This document shows positions 25,691 to 37,292 of a DNA stretch of 44,167 nt, piece after piece (the stretch's first letter is position 1; every line of letters begins with the position of its first letter). Source of the DNA: Priapulus caudatus (Eukaryota); contig NW_014577061.1 in NCBI RefSeq assembly GCF_000485595.1, forward strand, positions 165,596 through 209,762, written 5' to 3'. The notes beneath the pieces were generated by a model that did no database searches, was not told where the DNA came from, and worked only from the letters and a program-made list of their open reading frames with translations. The position numbers and the translations under genes were made by a program.

Positions 25691-26273
25691 TAAGGAGATA
25701 TTGCGCAGAGGGGAGCGAGCGCAAGCCGCTACGGTCCCCCTCTTTCGGGATCGTGCGTTTTAATTCCTTTCGGGAGGAACGTTTCGTTATGCGTCGTTAA
25801 AGAATGCGTGCGCGAGAGCGCAGTGTGTGATTCGTATGTAAACTTTAACATCGTTCAACCTGAAATTCAGCATCGAGTGTGCTCAAAGGAAAGAGCAGGA
25901 GCAAGGCAAACAACCGCGCCTATATGTGTCGTTGGCTGTCCCTGTCGAGTTGCACTTGCAGTCATTCAAAACTCGGTGTTGACTGTTTACTTTGACCAAC
26001 GTAGTGCGCAGGGCTATCTTGTGGAATCGTCGAGCACAACATGCAACTCTGAGCAGACCCAGAAAAGGCAGCGCCCGCTCAGTCGTGGCTACAGTCGTGA
26101 CTAGCCGTGCGTGTGTAGCATCTCTAGAGTTATTAAACGTAGACGTAGACGTAGAGGCGTAGAGACAAGGACCGTGGTCGTGCTTCGCCGACTTGGACTT
26201 CACCGACAGCGTGTTGTAATTACTTCATTGCGGTGCGTATGCGAAATTCTTATTTGAAATTTTATTATGTAAT

Positions 26274-26307
26274 CAGGAGTGCCATAATCTATATAATGAC
26301 ACTCCTG
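26274..26307. mobile_element. P/Galileo-like footprint (34 bp = 17+17)
   Basis: CAGGAGTGCCATAATCT + ATATAATGACACTCCTG; perfect TSD ATGTAAT. Confidence 0.82.
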
Positions 26308-27373
26308 ATGTAATCTATGCTTGAGTTAATTAATTAGTTGAGTTCTCCCTTTGGCGTCTAAATACTGAAGTATCATCTGTTTATGCAGCTATATGTGCGC
26401 GTGGTGTGTGGGGTGTGCGTGCGTGTGTGCGTGCGTGCGTGTGCGTGCGTGCGTGCATACGTGCGTGCGTGCGTGCCAATAGTTGCAGGTTTATAATGAA
26501 AAAAGTTTCTAAATCAGTTGTCGTGTTCATGCGTATTCATTATTTCTACAGTTCACTTGTAAAATACGAAGCACCTATATACAGTACATCGTTTTAATAC
26601 GAGTAGGTTTATACATAAGGTATTAGCCGGCTGTCGGGTATACACCTACTCTATGTAACATTGTTTGCATACAAATGAACTTCCGATTGTTCGTTAGGCA
26701 TGAAGAATATTCTTCAGGCGTTTCAATAACAAAAAAGGAGTAGCATGGGCTGTGCGTCTGCGATTTAATAAGCATAGACTGAGCTAATACACATGCTGTA
26801 ATCACAAACATTCAAAATATACATAGGGTACGAGTCAAACATCAACAACCCATCTCCTTAAAATAAGTTTTCTTGTTATTTCAATCTACCACGAACGATT
26901 AAAGCGATTACATTAGCTCCTAACTGCTAGGCTGGCCAACTCATAATGCCAAATTCCGTCAGTGAATCCGCGATTTTTGTTTATGCTAAAGAGAGCAGGC
27001 ATTTATCTCGTTTATTCGAAATTGTTTAATCCAGGCGCTTTGGAAAATGCGTCTGATATCTACTGAACCCGCGAATTAACTACACAATAGCTGTCCACGT
27101 CGCTAATTGAGCTTCATCACCTGCCATTGTTAAGATGCAACTAGCTCGTGTTAATTGGTGCGTTTCGGAGGCTGCATGTATAGCAGCTAACGTATTAGTG
27201 GTGAAAAGGAATAGGATAATTCGCTATAGACGTGAATTTCGGATAGTATTCCATCTGTAACCGTGTGCTTTTTACTTCAACTTGATCTATTACAGTTCTT
27301 ACAATAATCGCCCACACGGAACAGCTATGTAGACTGTACGTGTTGGCAGTACCCGGGCGCTTTTGATGGTTTC

Positions 27374-27445
27374 TTCTTCGGTGAAGTTCTTCGGTTAAGT
27401 TATTCGGTTATGTTCTTCGGTTAAATTCGGTCAAGTTCGAGTTAG
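27374..27445. repeat. Short ~12-bp tandem repeat (TTCTTCGGTTAAG-like)
   Basis: Direct reading. Confidence 0.7.
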
Positions 27446-28223
27446 TTAGGTTTGGAACGCCAACAAACCCACATGTTGCTCACATAAAATGATAGGGTTT
27501 GATTTCTTTTTCATTTTAATCTAGCGTGGGTGGCGTAACCACTGTGTAGCCTCTGTAATCATCGGCTTAAACAGATTACTTGGACAGAAGCCATGCCAGA
27601 CGCGTTATTGCCAAAATATTTTTTCCCGAATGCGTCGGCAGTTTTTTTGCCATTGAAACACACGTCACGACTAATCGTTTGGTCGTGTGGAAGACAGGTG
27701 CTCTTGCGAAGCTCGAGTAAAAGGTTTGCAAAACCCGACGGCTCTGACAACGCGGGTTTTGATCAGGAGAAAATGCGTCTACTATGGACAACATCACAGC
27801 ATCTTATTCATCACTGATAGAGATTTTCTCGCCGCATCCTGCCCTGCGCGCGCGTGTATGTTCGGCCTTGATCCACAAATATAAGCAGGGTTATGGTCTC
27901 GCCTATACAGCTCTCGCTTTCCGCCAGACCGGAGCACCCGCATGTGGAAAGGATCAGCGTTAATCACCGTCTTAATTGGGGTTTCTTTGAAAGCAAGAGC
28001 TGACCCACTTTTGCGGAGAAGTAGCGTAAACTATCGCGCCAGAGGCCGGCCGGCTTCTCCTCCGACGGACACTAGTCCATGTGGAAGCATCTATTGATCG
28101 CGTGCCGATACGACGTATGCGTGCAGCATCACAACAATCGCGACTTTATCTGTACCGCCATCAAAAGCGTACAGCACATCTCTCCATGCATCGCTCAGCG
28201 TCCCTCCTGGATAGAAAAAATAC

Positions 28224-28387
28224 CAGGAGTGTCATAATAATAGACATCTATATTATCAAGAGCTAATAATACCTCTTATTAGGCTTTCTTATTCGTATAA
28301 TACCTTTTATTCAGTATTCTTATTCTTATAATACCTCTTATTAGGTATCTTTGGGTATTATTAGCTCGTGATATTATGGCACTCCTG
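28224..28387. mobile_element. P/Galileo-like footprint with a nested CAAGAG-family unit at 28257-28370
   Basis: Outer CAGGAGTGTCATAAT / ATTATGGCACTCCTG, TSD AAAATAC/AAAATAT. Inner CAAGAGCTAATAATACC / GGTATTATTAGCTCGTG, perfect TSD ATATTAT. Confidence 0.82.
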
Positions 28388-30259
28388 AAAATATGGCAGT
28401 GTGACTTTTATTAGATTCTTGCAAATTTGATGGCGGGGGAGCGATAACGTGGAATATCGACGTGCCAGCCCGAATGTGGATTAAGCGAAGACTTGGCATA
28501 CACCGTCTACACTTCACGACGGGGTATCACTTTTCATAGATTCTTTCTCCCGAAACAAAACTAACGAAGTTTAAGAAACCGTTAACAGCTGGGAGATGAA
28601 TTGCTGCTAGTGTTGCCACATGGAAAACAAATAGGTCTTCGTTGGCCTATACCGGATAAGAGAAAAAAAACGGTGCCAATCTCTGCCTTAGTTGTATCCA
28701 AATGATAAATCTAGATCGCGTTACCTTCCCCCAAGTGGTACACACCGCATGCAGTAGCGCCAGCCCGGGAATTGCCCTGGCTGAGTTTATATGTGCGATT
28801 CGAGGGAGCGTAGGCGCAGACCCCAGAGAGGGGAACGTTTCAACGTAAATACTGTCTGACAGATGGCATAAATGAGCCTCATTCGCGCAAGTTCGTCTTG
28901 CAAGCACACATGCATCATTAGCTCTCGCGCGTAGCGTGGGCGGTAGATGTAAACTGGGCACAGCGTGTGAAGCGGGACACCTACGTTTATTCGATATTCG
29001 ATATTCGTAACTATATGTGACGTTTTTTGTCGTCATTTGTATTAAATTATCGCCCGCTGTTGGCTGTTGTATTTTAAACATTTCCATCTGTGTCTTCCAT
29101 CTGGATGAATGATGAGAAGTAATTTATTTTTAAAAAATAGATATAGTTATCACAGTTAATTAGGTGTTAGCTACAGATTTCAGTGTCATATTTAACTATG
29201 TTAAAATAACTATAAAGCTAAAACCGTAGGTGGGTAGTAGGTGGGTAATAGGTGGGTAGGTAGGTATGTATAGACAGTAGATGGGTAATAATTATTGGAC
29301 CTATAAACGTCTCCTTTCTAAGTCTGTTGAGAACATCAAATTTACAGCCAGTGGGGGTTCAGTGCCCACAATTCTACACCCAACAGGGTTGTTAAATTTA
29401 TTTCATAAGTATGCTTGCGGTATATTTTGGGAACAATGACTCGTTATGTACTTGGCGTGCGGTAATTCAACGCGAACGCCAATGGCACATATCATTATTT
29501 AATAAGATCATTAGAACAGCGGGTATAGTGTTAAATAATATATAGGACTGCGATGGTGTAGGCAATCAAAACTACTAAGCTTCAGCGCTAGATAGATAGT
29601 GAATATAATTTCTAAAGGATATAATGATTGCATACATTTATACATGACCTGCTCCGCAATAAAATTGTGCATGAATAATTGCTAAGTAAATGTAGGGTAA
29701 AATTGCGGTAGAGCAGAGCAAGAATATGAATGGCGGAGGTGAAATGCAGTTTACTTGATACTTCAGTGTAATCTCGTGAAGATTGAATGTGAGTGTACGT
29801 TATATCAGGGGTTAATAATGACAAATGTCACTTATATTTCATAGTCTTTTGTATATGCTTTTTTTTGTATTTCCCCTGGTTATATGCATGCCGATACGGT
29901 CGCTTACTGAGGCAAACCCGATGTGAAATGTTCGTGTTGTCGCTTTCATGAGATCGCAGGGCAATTATCTGGGTTTTTTCTACGTAAAAGTAGCTAAATA
30001 TCATCCCTGCTCTCTCGCAAAGATAACACTCTTAACCCCCGACAAACGGTGATTTCTTTTCGTTTTAGAGACAGCTGTAATTTTCTTTGCAAAGCGAGCC
30101 GAACGTTGTTTAGGTAACATCTTGTTCCAGGAGCGCGAGAATTCGTTCAGCAGGGTATAGTAGGCAAAGCCTGGCAAGATGTAACCACGAGCGTAGCCGA
30201 GTCTGTATTTTATACTGTCTACTGCTGAACAAAGTCAATCCTGTGGTAGCGGTGCCAGG

Positions 30260-30450
30260 TAGCCAGCTATCTCTTCTATAAGCACTTGCTAACCAGCTAT
30301 CTCACCTACATTTCTACGAAAGTAGTTGCTAGCAAGCTATCTCTTCTATATTGCTACGAAAGGACTTGATTGCTAGCAAGCTACCTCATCTATATTGCTA
30401 CGAAACGACTTGCTAGCAAGCGATCTCTTCTATATTGTTGCGTAAGCACT
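30260..30450. repeat. Degenerate ~40-45-bp tandem repeat
   Basis: Recurrent TTGCTAGCAAGCTATCTCTTCTATATTGCTACGAA. Confidence 0.8.
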
Positions 30451-30852
30451 TTTCTCGAAACTCCTGCGGCTTTAGTAGTACCGTATAAACGTATCTATAA
30501 ACTGTCATAAACATATCCACTTAATCAAGAGCCGGATACTTTATAACGATTCCCGATAGGGATCTGGCATTATCTATTCCGATTACGTGCATAAACGCAT
30601 ATAGACATGTTCTTAGTAATAACCTTTTGACCTTTTGTGAAATAGTGAACATGAAGCATATAAATACTTTATAGTAGTTTTTTAACGCAAACTGAGCAAA
30701 AATAATCAAGTCCGCTAAATAGTTCAACTGTTGAGCCTGCGTTAGTTCATATGCTAGTCGTAAATAGCGTCGTGCTAGCTAGATAAACTCCACATGGTCG
30801 CGAAACATCTGTTGCGAACCGCATTTTTCGTTTTACTTGAAATTTATCTTTC

Positions 30853-31156
30853 ATTTCGTGATGAAAGTGGTCATTATAAGCTCGGATTTTTTGATTGTGA
30901 CACTATACCTCCTCTTTCTCGCTATGAATTCGTGATGAGAGTGGTCATTATAACCTCGATTTTTTTATTGTGACACTATACCTCCTCTTTCTCGCTATGA
31001 ATTCGTGATGAGAGTGGTCATTATAACCTCGATTTTTTTATTGTGACACTATACCTCCTCTTTCTCGCTATGAATTCGTGATGAGAGTGGTCATTATAAC
31101 CTCGATTTTTTTATTGTGACACTATACCTCCTCTTTCTCTCACTATTTTCGTGGCA
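30853..31156. repeat. 73-bp tandem repeat, ~4 copies, running into an N gap
   Basis: ATTCGTGATG at 30928, 31001 and 31074. Confidence 0.92.
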
Positions 31157-31519
31157 NNNNNNNNNNNNNNNNNNNNNNNNNNNNNNNNNNNNNNNNNNNN
31201 NNNNNNNNNNNNNNNNNNNNNNNNNNNNNNNNNNNNNNNNNNNNNNNNNNNNNNNNNNNNNNNNNNNNNNNNNNNNNNNNNNNNNNNNNNNNNNNNNNNN
31301 NNNNNNNNNNNNNNNNNNNNNNNNNNNNNNNNNNNNNNNNNNNNNNNNNNNNNNNNNNNNNNNNNNNNNNNNNNNNNNNNNNNNNNNNNNNNNNNNNNNN
31401 NNNNNNNNNNNNNNNNNNNNNNNNNNNNNNNNNNNNNNNNNNNNNNNNNNNNNNNNNNNNNNNNNNNNNNNNNNNNNNNNNNNNNNNNNNNNNNNNNNNN
31501 NNNNNNNNNNNNNNNNNNN
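31157..31519. other. Assembly gap (others at 37303-37861, 38991-39098, 40819-41422)
   Basis: Runs of N. Confidence 1.
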
Positions 31520-31916
31520 GCGCGCGCGCGCGTGCGCGTTTGATCCCACTCTGTAACGTAACACGCGCGATTAGGAAAACTCATTATAACACTCTCGACC
31601 TGTGGGTGCGTGCATTAGTGCGTATGATGGGCTCGTGCATGCGAGCGTGTGCGTGCGTGTATGCGCGGGCATATATAGGTATGCGTGTGTGGGCGCTCGT
31701 GATAATGGCATCAGGTGCGTTCTATTTATCTCTGTCCCAACGTTTGATAGACATCAGTTGTGGCAAGAACCCAGTGACATGATGTTAATGTATTCTCGGT
31801 AATGGTTTTGCTATCGTTGGCGTCCATCAGTAATTGTTGCGCTGATTGCTAGTGTCCATCAATCAGTATACGCAAATATTGATTATTGATTCTGCTAGTG
31901 CTCGTCTTCCTCGCAG

Positions 31917-31976
31917 AGTGAACAATGCCTCTAAAACCAACGAGGACATTGATTACATATTCACTGAATGCCACTG
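31917..31976 (+). CDS. Putative 60-nt cassette exon (VNNASKTNEDIDYIFTECHW)
   Basis: Acceptor cgtcttcctcgcag, donor CTG|gtgaat; exactly 60 nt, phase 2-2, no stop in the frame set by both flanking exons. Confidence 0.6.
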
Positions 31977-32441
31977 GTGAATTGTCTATATGTCAACTTT
32001 TTATGAGGGGTATATTTGTGAGAATAGAGTAGTTGCTGCACGGAGATTCTGATACAACAGCACAGAAATATATCGTTGAAGTCTTACCTGGTCGAAATGT
32101 GTTTACAGTTGTTTAGAATCCAAAATAGACGAGGGATTTGACTTGGTTGTGGTCGCAATAGGAATTGTATGCATATACATTTACATTACAATTACATACA
32201 ACAATACATACAATTACATATATATACGTATATGTATGTATTTCTATGGTAGTCGCTATCAAAACTGTACGATAGGTGCTTTTGTTTGTTTACATCGAAC
32301 GAAACGGCAAATTGGAAATATAATGCTAAAAAGTAATCACAAAGAGTGATAAATCCCTTATTTGTATTTCCATTGTTTATAATGCCAAATAACAGTATTC
32401 TGGTGTTAATTAAGGTGACATCGCCGCTCTACTGATGATAT

Positions 32442-32541
32442 CAAGTGCTAATAATACATGTATTACATAATACTATCAAGAGATACTATAGATATACTAC
32501 TAAGTGCTAATAATACATTATTACAGTATTATTAGCTCTTG
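32442..32541. mobile_element. P/Galileo-like footprint (100 bp)
   Basis: CAAGTGCTAATAATAC / GTATTATTAGCTCTTG; flanks ATGATAT/ATAATAC (2 mismatches); the filler re-copies the arm. Confidence 0.65.
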
Positions 32542-32666
32542 ATAATACTCGATATATAAACCCAATCGCTTAGTCCTTGTCGTAAAACGAGGCACTTGCA
32601 TGATGAATCGCATGATTAGTATATCACGGCATTATCTCAACGTTTGTGGAATTTGTGTAATTACAG

Positions 32667-32778
32667 GAGTTTAGACCAGAATCTCTACAACAAAGCTACT
32701 GAGCTACAGGATGATGTCAGCAAAAAGCGCAATGACATCCGGCTGGCGCAGATGCACCTAGCTGCCGTACAAGCTCAG
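32667..32778 (+). CDS. Coiled-coil exon (SLDQNLYNKATELQDDVSKKRNDIRLAQMHLAAVQAQ)
   Basis: Acceptor taattacag, donor CAG|gtagga; 112 nt, phase 2-0, in frame with exon 16201-16352. No further exon was confidently found in the window. Confidence 0.85.
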
Positions 32779-32937
32779 GTAGGACTGCGCTAGTTGCATT
32801 GTGTATAACATACAATCAAGAGTGTATAATATAGATTGTAATACTTGAGATTGTAATTAGATTATGATTTCGATTGTTAATAATACAGATTGTAATAATT
32901 GTAATATAAATTGTAATGATTGAAATATAGATTATAT

Positions 32938-33034
32938 CAGGAGTAGATAATTGAGATCTCTATTATCTCTATCTCTAATCTCTATCTCTATCTCTATCTC
33001 TATCTCTATCTCTAATCTCTATTATCTACTCCTG
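32938..33034. mobile_element. P/Galileo-like footprint (97 bp) with (ATCTCT)n filler
   Basis: CAGGAGTAGATAAT / ATTATCTACTCCTG; perfect TSD ATTATAT; preceded by an unpaired arm CAAGAGTGTATAATATAG at 32817. Confidence 0.8.
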
Positions 33035-33722
33035 ATTATATGGCTCCTACTCCAGACCTGGGGTCGGCAGCTGGTGTGTTTTCGCTTTCATATATCAGAT
33101 ACGCGCCAATCGGCTCCTTATATTATCGCTAGTTTGCTAGACTGCCGTTGCGGATCGTGCGCAATATCCAGCAGTTGTGCGAGCAACTATAACCTTTTAG
33201 CCGGCTTGGTAAATTTCCTGTTTTTTCTGGTAATGAAAATTCTTGCGCGGCTGAACGATCGAGCTAAAAGTAGTGCTCTGTGTTTGTTGTAAAAACCCTA
33301 AATCTCTCGTTATCGGGCTGCGAATTCAGAACCGTCAACCCAGAGATGGTTTTGTTGCAGATTTGAATTTCGGGACATCTTTTGAAAGCCAACGGAATGA
33401 GTTATTAATTTTGTTTATATTTCTTTGCTACAATTTATAGCGGAATCGTGTTTATGAATACGTTTCAAAAATTAAATCGTGATGTCATCAGGATTTTTTT
33501 TATCGGTGAAGTTTATCTTCCACTGACTTTCCACGTGGTGAACACATTTTCCTTTATCTGCCCGCATTACATTCATTGCGAATACGCATTTATTTGCCTG
33601 TTAGACTACATGTAACGATCGAGCGATGCGTTTTATTAGCCGATTTTAGCAGTAAAAATACAAAAATTCCGCCTTTTTCTGTCGCAAGATGTCGCCATTG
33701 TTCCCACTAGCATTGACCATAC

Positions 33723-33798
33723 CATAGATATAATTATATACCAACCAATATCGATATATATATATATATACCGATATATACCGATATATATATCTATG
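33723..33798. mobile_element. P-like footprint, CATAGATATA family (76 bp)
   Basis: CATAGATATA / TATATCTATG; perfect TSD ACCATAC. Confidence 0.75.
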
Positions 33799-33952
33799 AC
33801 CATACCAATGGTTTATTTACAGCTCTTATAGTAAAAGTGAAATTGTGTCTACAACCGACCGACCGAATCGCAAATGGTCCCGAAATTGATACGCTTAATT
33901 GTCAGAAGTCAGAAATTAATTGAAATAACATTAACGTGCTAAACCCCAAGTT

Positions 33953-33956
<4 letters not shown>

Positions 33957-34021
<65 letters not shown>

Positions 34022-34064
34022 TGTTGTGTGTGTGTGTGTGTGTTGTGTGTGTGTGTGTGTGTTG

Positions 34065-34104
<40 letters not shown>

Positions 34105-34128
34105 TGTGTGTGTGTTGGTTTGTGTTGG

Positions 34129-34159
<31 letters not shown>

Positions 34160-34200
34160 TGTGGTGTGGTCGGTGTGTGTTGTGTGTGTGTGTGTGGTTC
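33957..34200. repeat. (GT)n microsatellite
   Basis: Direct reading. Confidence 0.95.
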
Positions 34201-35935
34201 GGTGTGCGCTCGAAGTGACGACATATATGCTAGTTCTTCTCAACATGAACGCTGCGGCCTTCGGCTGGTTCAAACGATAAAGGTTCTTTTAGGAATTGCC
34301 TGTTAAACGTACTACGTAATTTTCAATATACATCGATGATAGCATGTTACTACGTTAAACGCGCAAAACAATAGTGATTGCTCGTCATAGCAGTAGACTG
34401 GTAATAAATCATGCAAATGGTCCCAACGCGATTATTTAATGGCCGAGTAGCGAGGAAACTTTTCAATCATGCTCACCGACTTAATGTTTCCACGGTTGAA
34501 AATCTGCGTTGGTACATAATATTAATTGGCATGACGGGAGTTGGAGGGAGGTGAGGAAAGAGTCACTATAGCGCAAGGCGGGCGTCTGTTAATTTCTGCA
34601 TCGCCTCATATCTGTACTCGCACACCCTGCAAAGACTTGCGTGATGTTCTGATGATTCTGGGACATGATCTAAGGTGTGTCGTGTATTAGTATCGTATTA
34701 TATACGCACACGAACATGTGAAAATGCTCACCAAATTATGACGCATTTTTTTGGCTTGCACTTCGTGATATTTTACTGCTGTAAAATTGGGCGCTGTGAT
34801 TCGATGTAAAATGGTGATGGTCGCGAGGAAGGCGCAGCCAGCATGAAAACTATTAGTGTTCTATAGACTGCAAACATTGAGTTTTCAAGTCACACCTCGG
34901 CTAGTTACCCATGCAATGCGTTAATCTCAGCAATCGTATTTTCCTAATTTTTAGGTTATAATTAATGCGTTTCTCCACCGGAATTTATAATGTATCTAAG
35001 CAATGTAGTTTCCTATTTAAGCATTTTGTGCATAACCGTATATTGATCAGATAGACTTAATACAACCCTGCGGCAATGTTTACATCGGCAACTGCGTCCC
35101 GCGTTTTCTAAGCGGAGTAATATTGACACAGCGGCTCCGTGTGACTCGGCTTCTCTTTGTATATATCTGTGCGTCGTTAACGCATAAAAAAATAAGCCGA
35201 TATTTATGTAATTGTAAGAAAGAAATTGAGTTGAAGTCACTGATTATTATTTCTTAATATTAGTTTATAGTGCTTTTTTTAAAGTGTTCTTTCGTTGTTT
35301 TACGAAACTGCTATCATAGACCAGACTAGATGCTGTTGCTGTACAGCCTGCAAACGCTTAAGTAAATTTTGAACGAACGGTCACAACGGTTTTTTTAAAT
35401 ATTTTGCGAACTATATTCATCAATTCACAAGGCTTACAAGTTTGTGCTGAAAGTCGCATTTCTGGTACATGTTCATGTGGTAATCAAGCAATGGTAGTGT
35501 ATATACGAACATTTATTACAGCTCTTCATCGAGGGCCAGCAGTTGGGGCAAGCGCCTATTAACCGGTTATAAGCAGTTATAGGCTCTCTGTTGCACTTTT
35601 TTCTTTTTAGAGTATGATCGTGCATCGCGCTAATCCTAGTTTTGCTGTTGCCTCGTATTCTATGCAGAGAATTTCCCTGTCAGTGTGAGTGTTCCGCGTC
35701 CCGTGGGGCTGCTCTCGGCATGCACCATCCTACGCAAACGAAACCGGCGTATAAACATTCACTCTGTGTAAATAAATTAGGTACATATCAATTAGGCATA
35801 CGCGCACGTATGTCACTGAAAGCAGAGAGATGGTACTGACAAGACAAGTCAACCTGAAATACATTGGCGTCGCGTATTCTATTAGTCAATATAACAATCT
35901 GCATCGTTTACCTCAGAGGTTACCAGCTATGATTG

Positions 35936-36072
35936 TCGTCTCTTTACGTTTAGTCTCTTACGTCTCTTACGTTTACGTCTCTTTACGTTTACGTCTCTTA
36001 CGTTTACGTCTCTTACGTTACGTACTCTTTAGTCTCTTACGTTTAGTCTCTTACGTCGTCTCTTTACGTTTC
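35936..36072. repeat. Irregular GTCTCTTAC/GTTTAC tandem repeat
   Basis: Direct reading. Confidence 0.8.
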
Positions 36073-37252
36073 CGCATGAAGTGTATATTAACCGACGAAT
36101 CTACCCCCAAGAATCTAGGTCAGAGAGCCTAAAGCCGTAGGCCCATGGCTTCATACTTTCTGATACGATGTCACATTAGCGCCATCTGTAGACGACGAAA
36201 CGAAGTTAACGAACTACAAAGAACACTCATATGTATGAGTGCAATTAACCACCTCCACGCGGCATTTGTTACGCGTTACTTTTATAAATTATTTTAACCA
36301 ATGTTTTTATTAGAAATATTCAGTTTAGGGTTAGGGTTATTCATTAATAATTTATTTTGCATTTTTTTTTTTTTTTTAGCGCTCACGCTGTTACTTCACT
36401 CACGCACTTACTCTTTCACCTTCTTTCCGAGTCCCTCCCTGAAACTGTTGTTTGGGAGGGAGGCGTAAAATTCCGGCAAAGACTATGTGAGCTGTACACC
36501 ATGTCTCAACAGCAAGGCCTTGGATGTTTCTAGAAAGCGAAGTTCTTGCAAAGCCGAATGACATCGGCTTGGTATTTTCAGCTGCCAGACTGCTGCCTGT
36601 TGCCCACTGCCTGAGATATGACATGTGTCTTGGCATGCCACATCACCGCTGCGTGTCTAAGATCCACCGCCAAGTGCAAAAGGAAATGTCTGACACTTTG
36701 TAGAGTTAACCGCGGCAATTTTACTAAGCCATGGGTTCTATTAGAACACTAGCATTAGCTAACATTCTAATCTAACATCTTCTAATCTAGCTAACATCTC
36801 TCTGTCATAAAATACCGACCGCGTAATTTTCAAATAAGGCCATGAATCTAAACATCATCGTTAGCTAATGTCGTCATGGATTTAGAGTCAACATACACAT
36901 TGTGTACGTAGTTTTTGCTCCCGACTTAAATTACCGATTTGTGTGTACGGAGAAAACTGACTGCGACTATTGCATATTGTGCTGGTGCAGCTGGCTGGTT
37001 AGTAGACCTAGTCTGTAACCAGCACTTACTGTCTCGTGACGTCCGCAAACTGATTGTGTTACTATTCTAGTGTTTGCTCATCGCACAGAAAGCGTGTTGA
37101 GTGCGCCGTGCGTGCCCTCTGATTCTCTTACGCCCCTCCCTTTGCCCCTCTCTACCTCTCGGCCCTTCCTCCTCCTTTAATTCCTTCCACCCATTCCCGT
37201 CCTCTCCCTCTCCTTTTCTTTCTCTTACTTAATCTTCTTGCATATATAGTAT

Positions 37253-37292
37253 CAAGAGCTAATTATAATTATATAGCAATTATTAGCTCTTC
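37253..37292. mobile_element. P/Galileo-like footprint (40 bp)
   Basis: CAAGAGCTAATTAT / ATTATTAGCTCTTC; flanks ATAGTAT/ATGGTAT. Confidence 0.7.

Noticed and set aside
30853..31156. Regular repeats as a possible CRISPR array (also 4183-5245, 23644-24650)
   Set aside because: Head-to-tail units with no unique spacers, no cas genes, eukaryotic intron context.
3862..32778. Assigning a gene symbol such as FER, FCHSD2 or SHB
   Set aside because: Diagnostic C-terminal domains are outside the window, and family identity cannot be fixed without a search.
36362..36690. Possible retroelement 3' end or exon next to a T-run
   Set aside because: No recognisable motif on either strand; the + frame after the AG stops within 21 codons.
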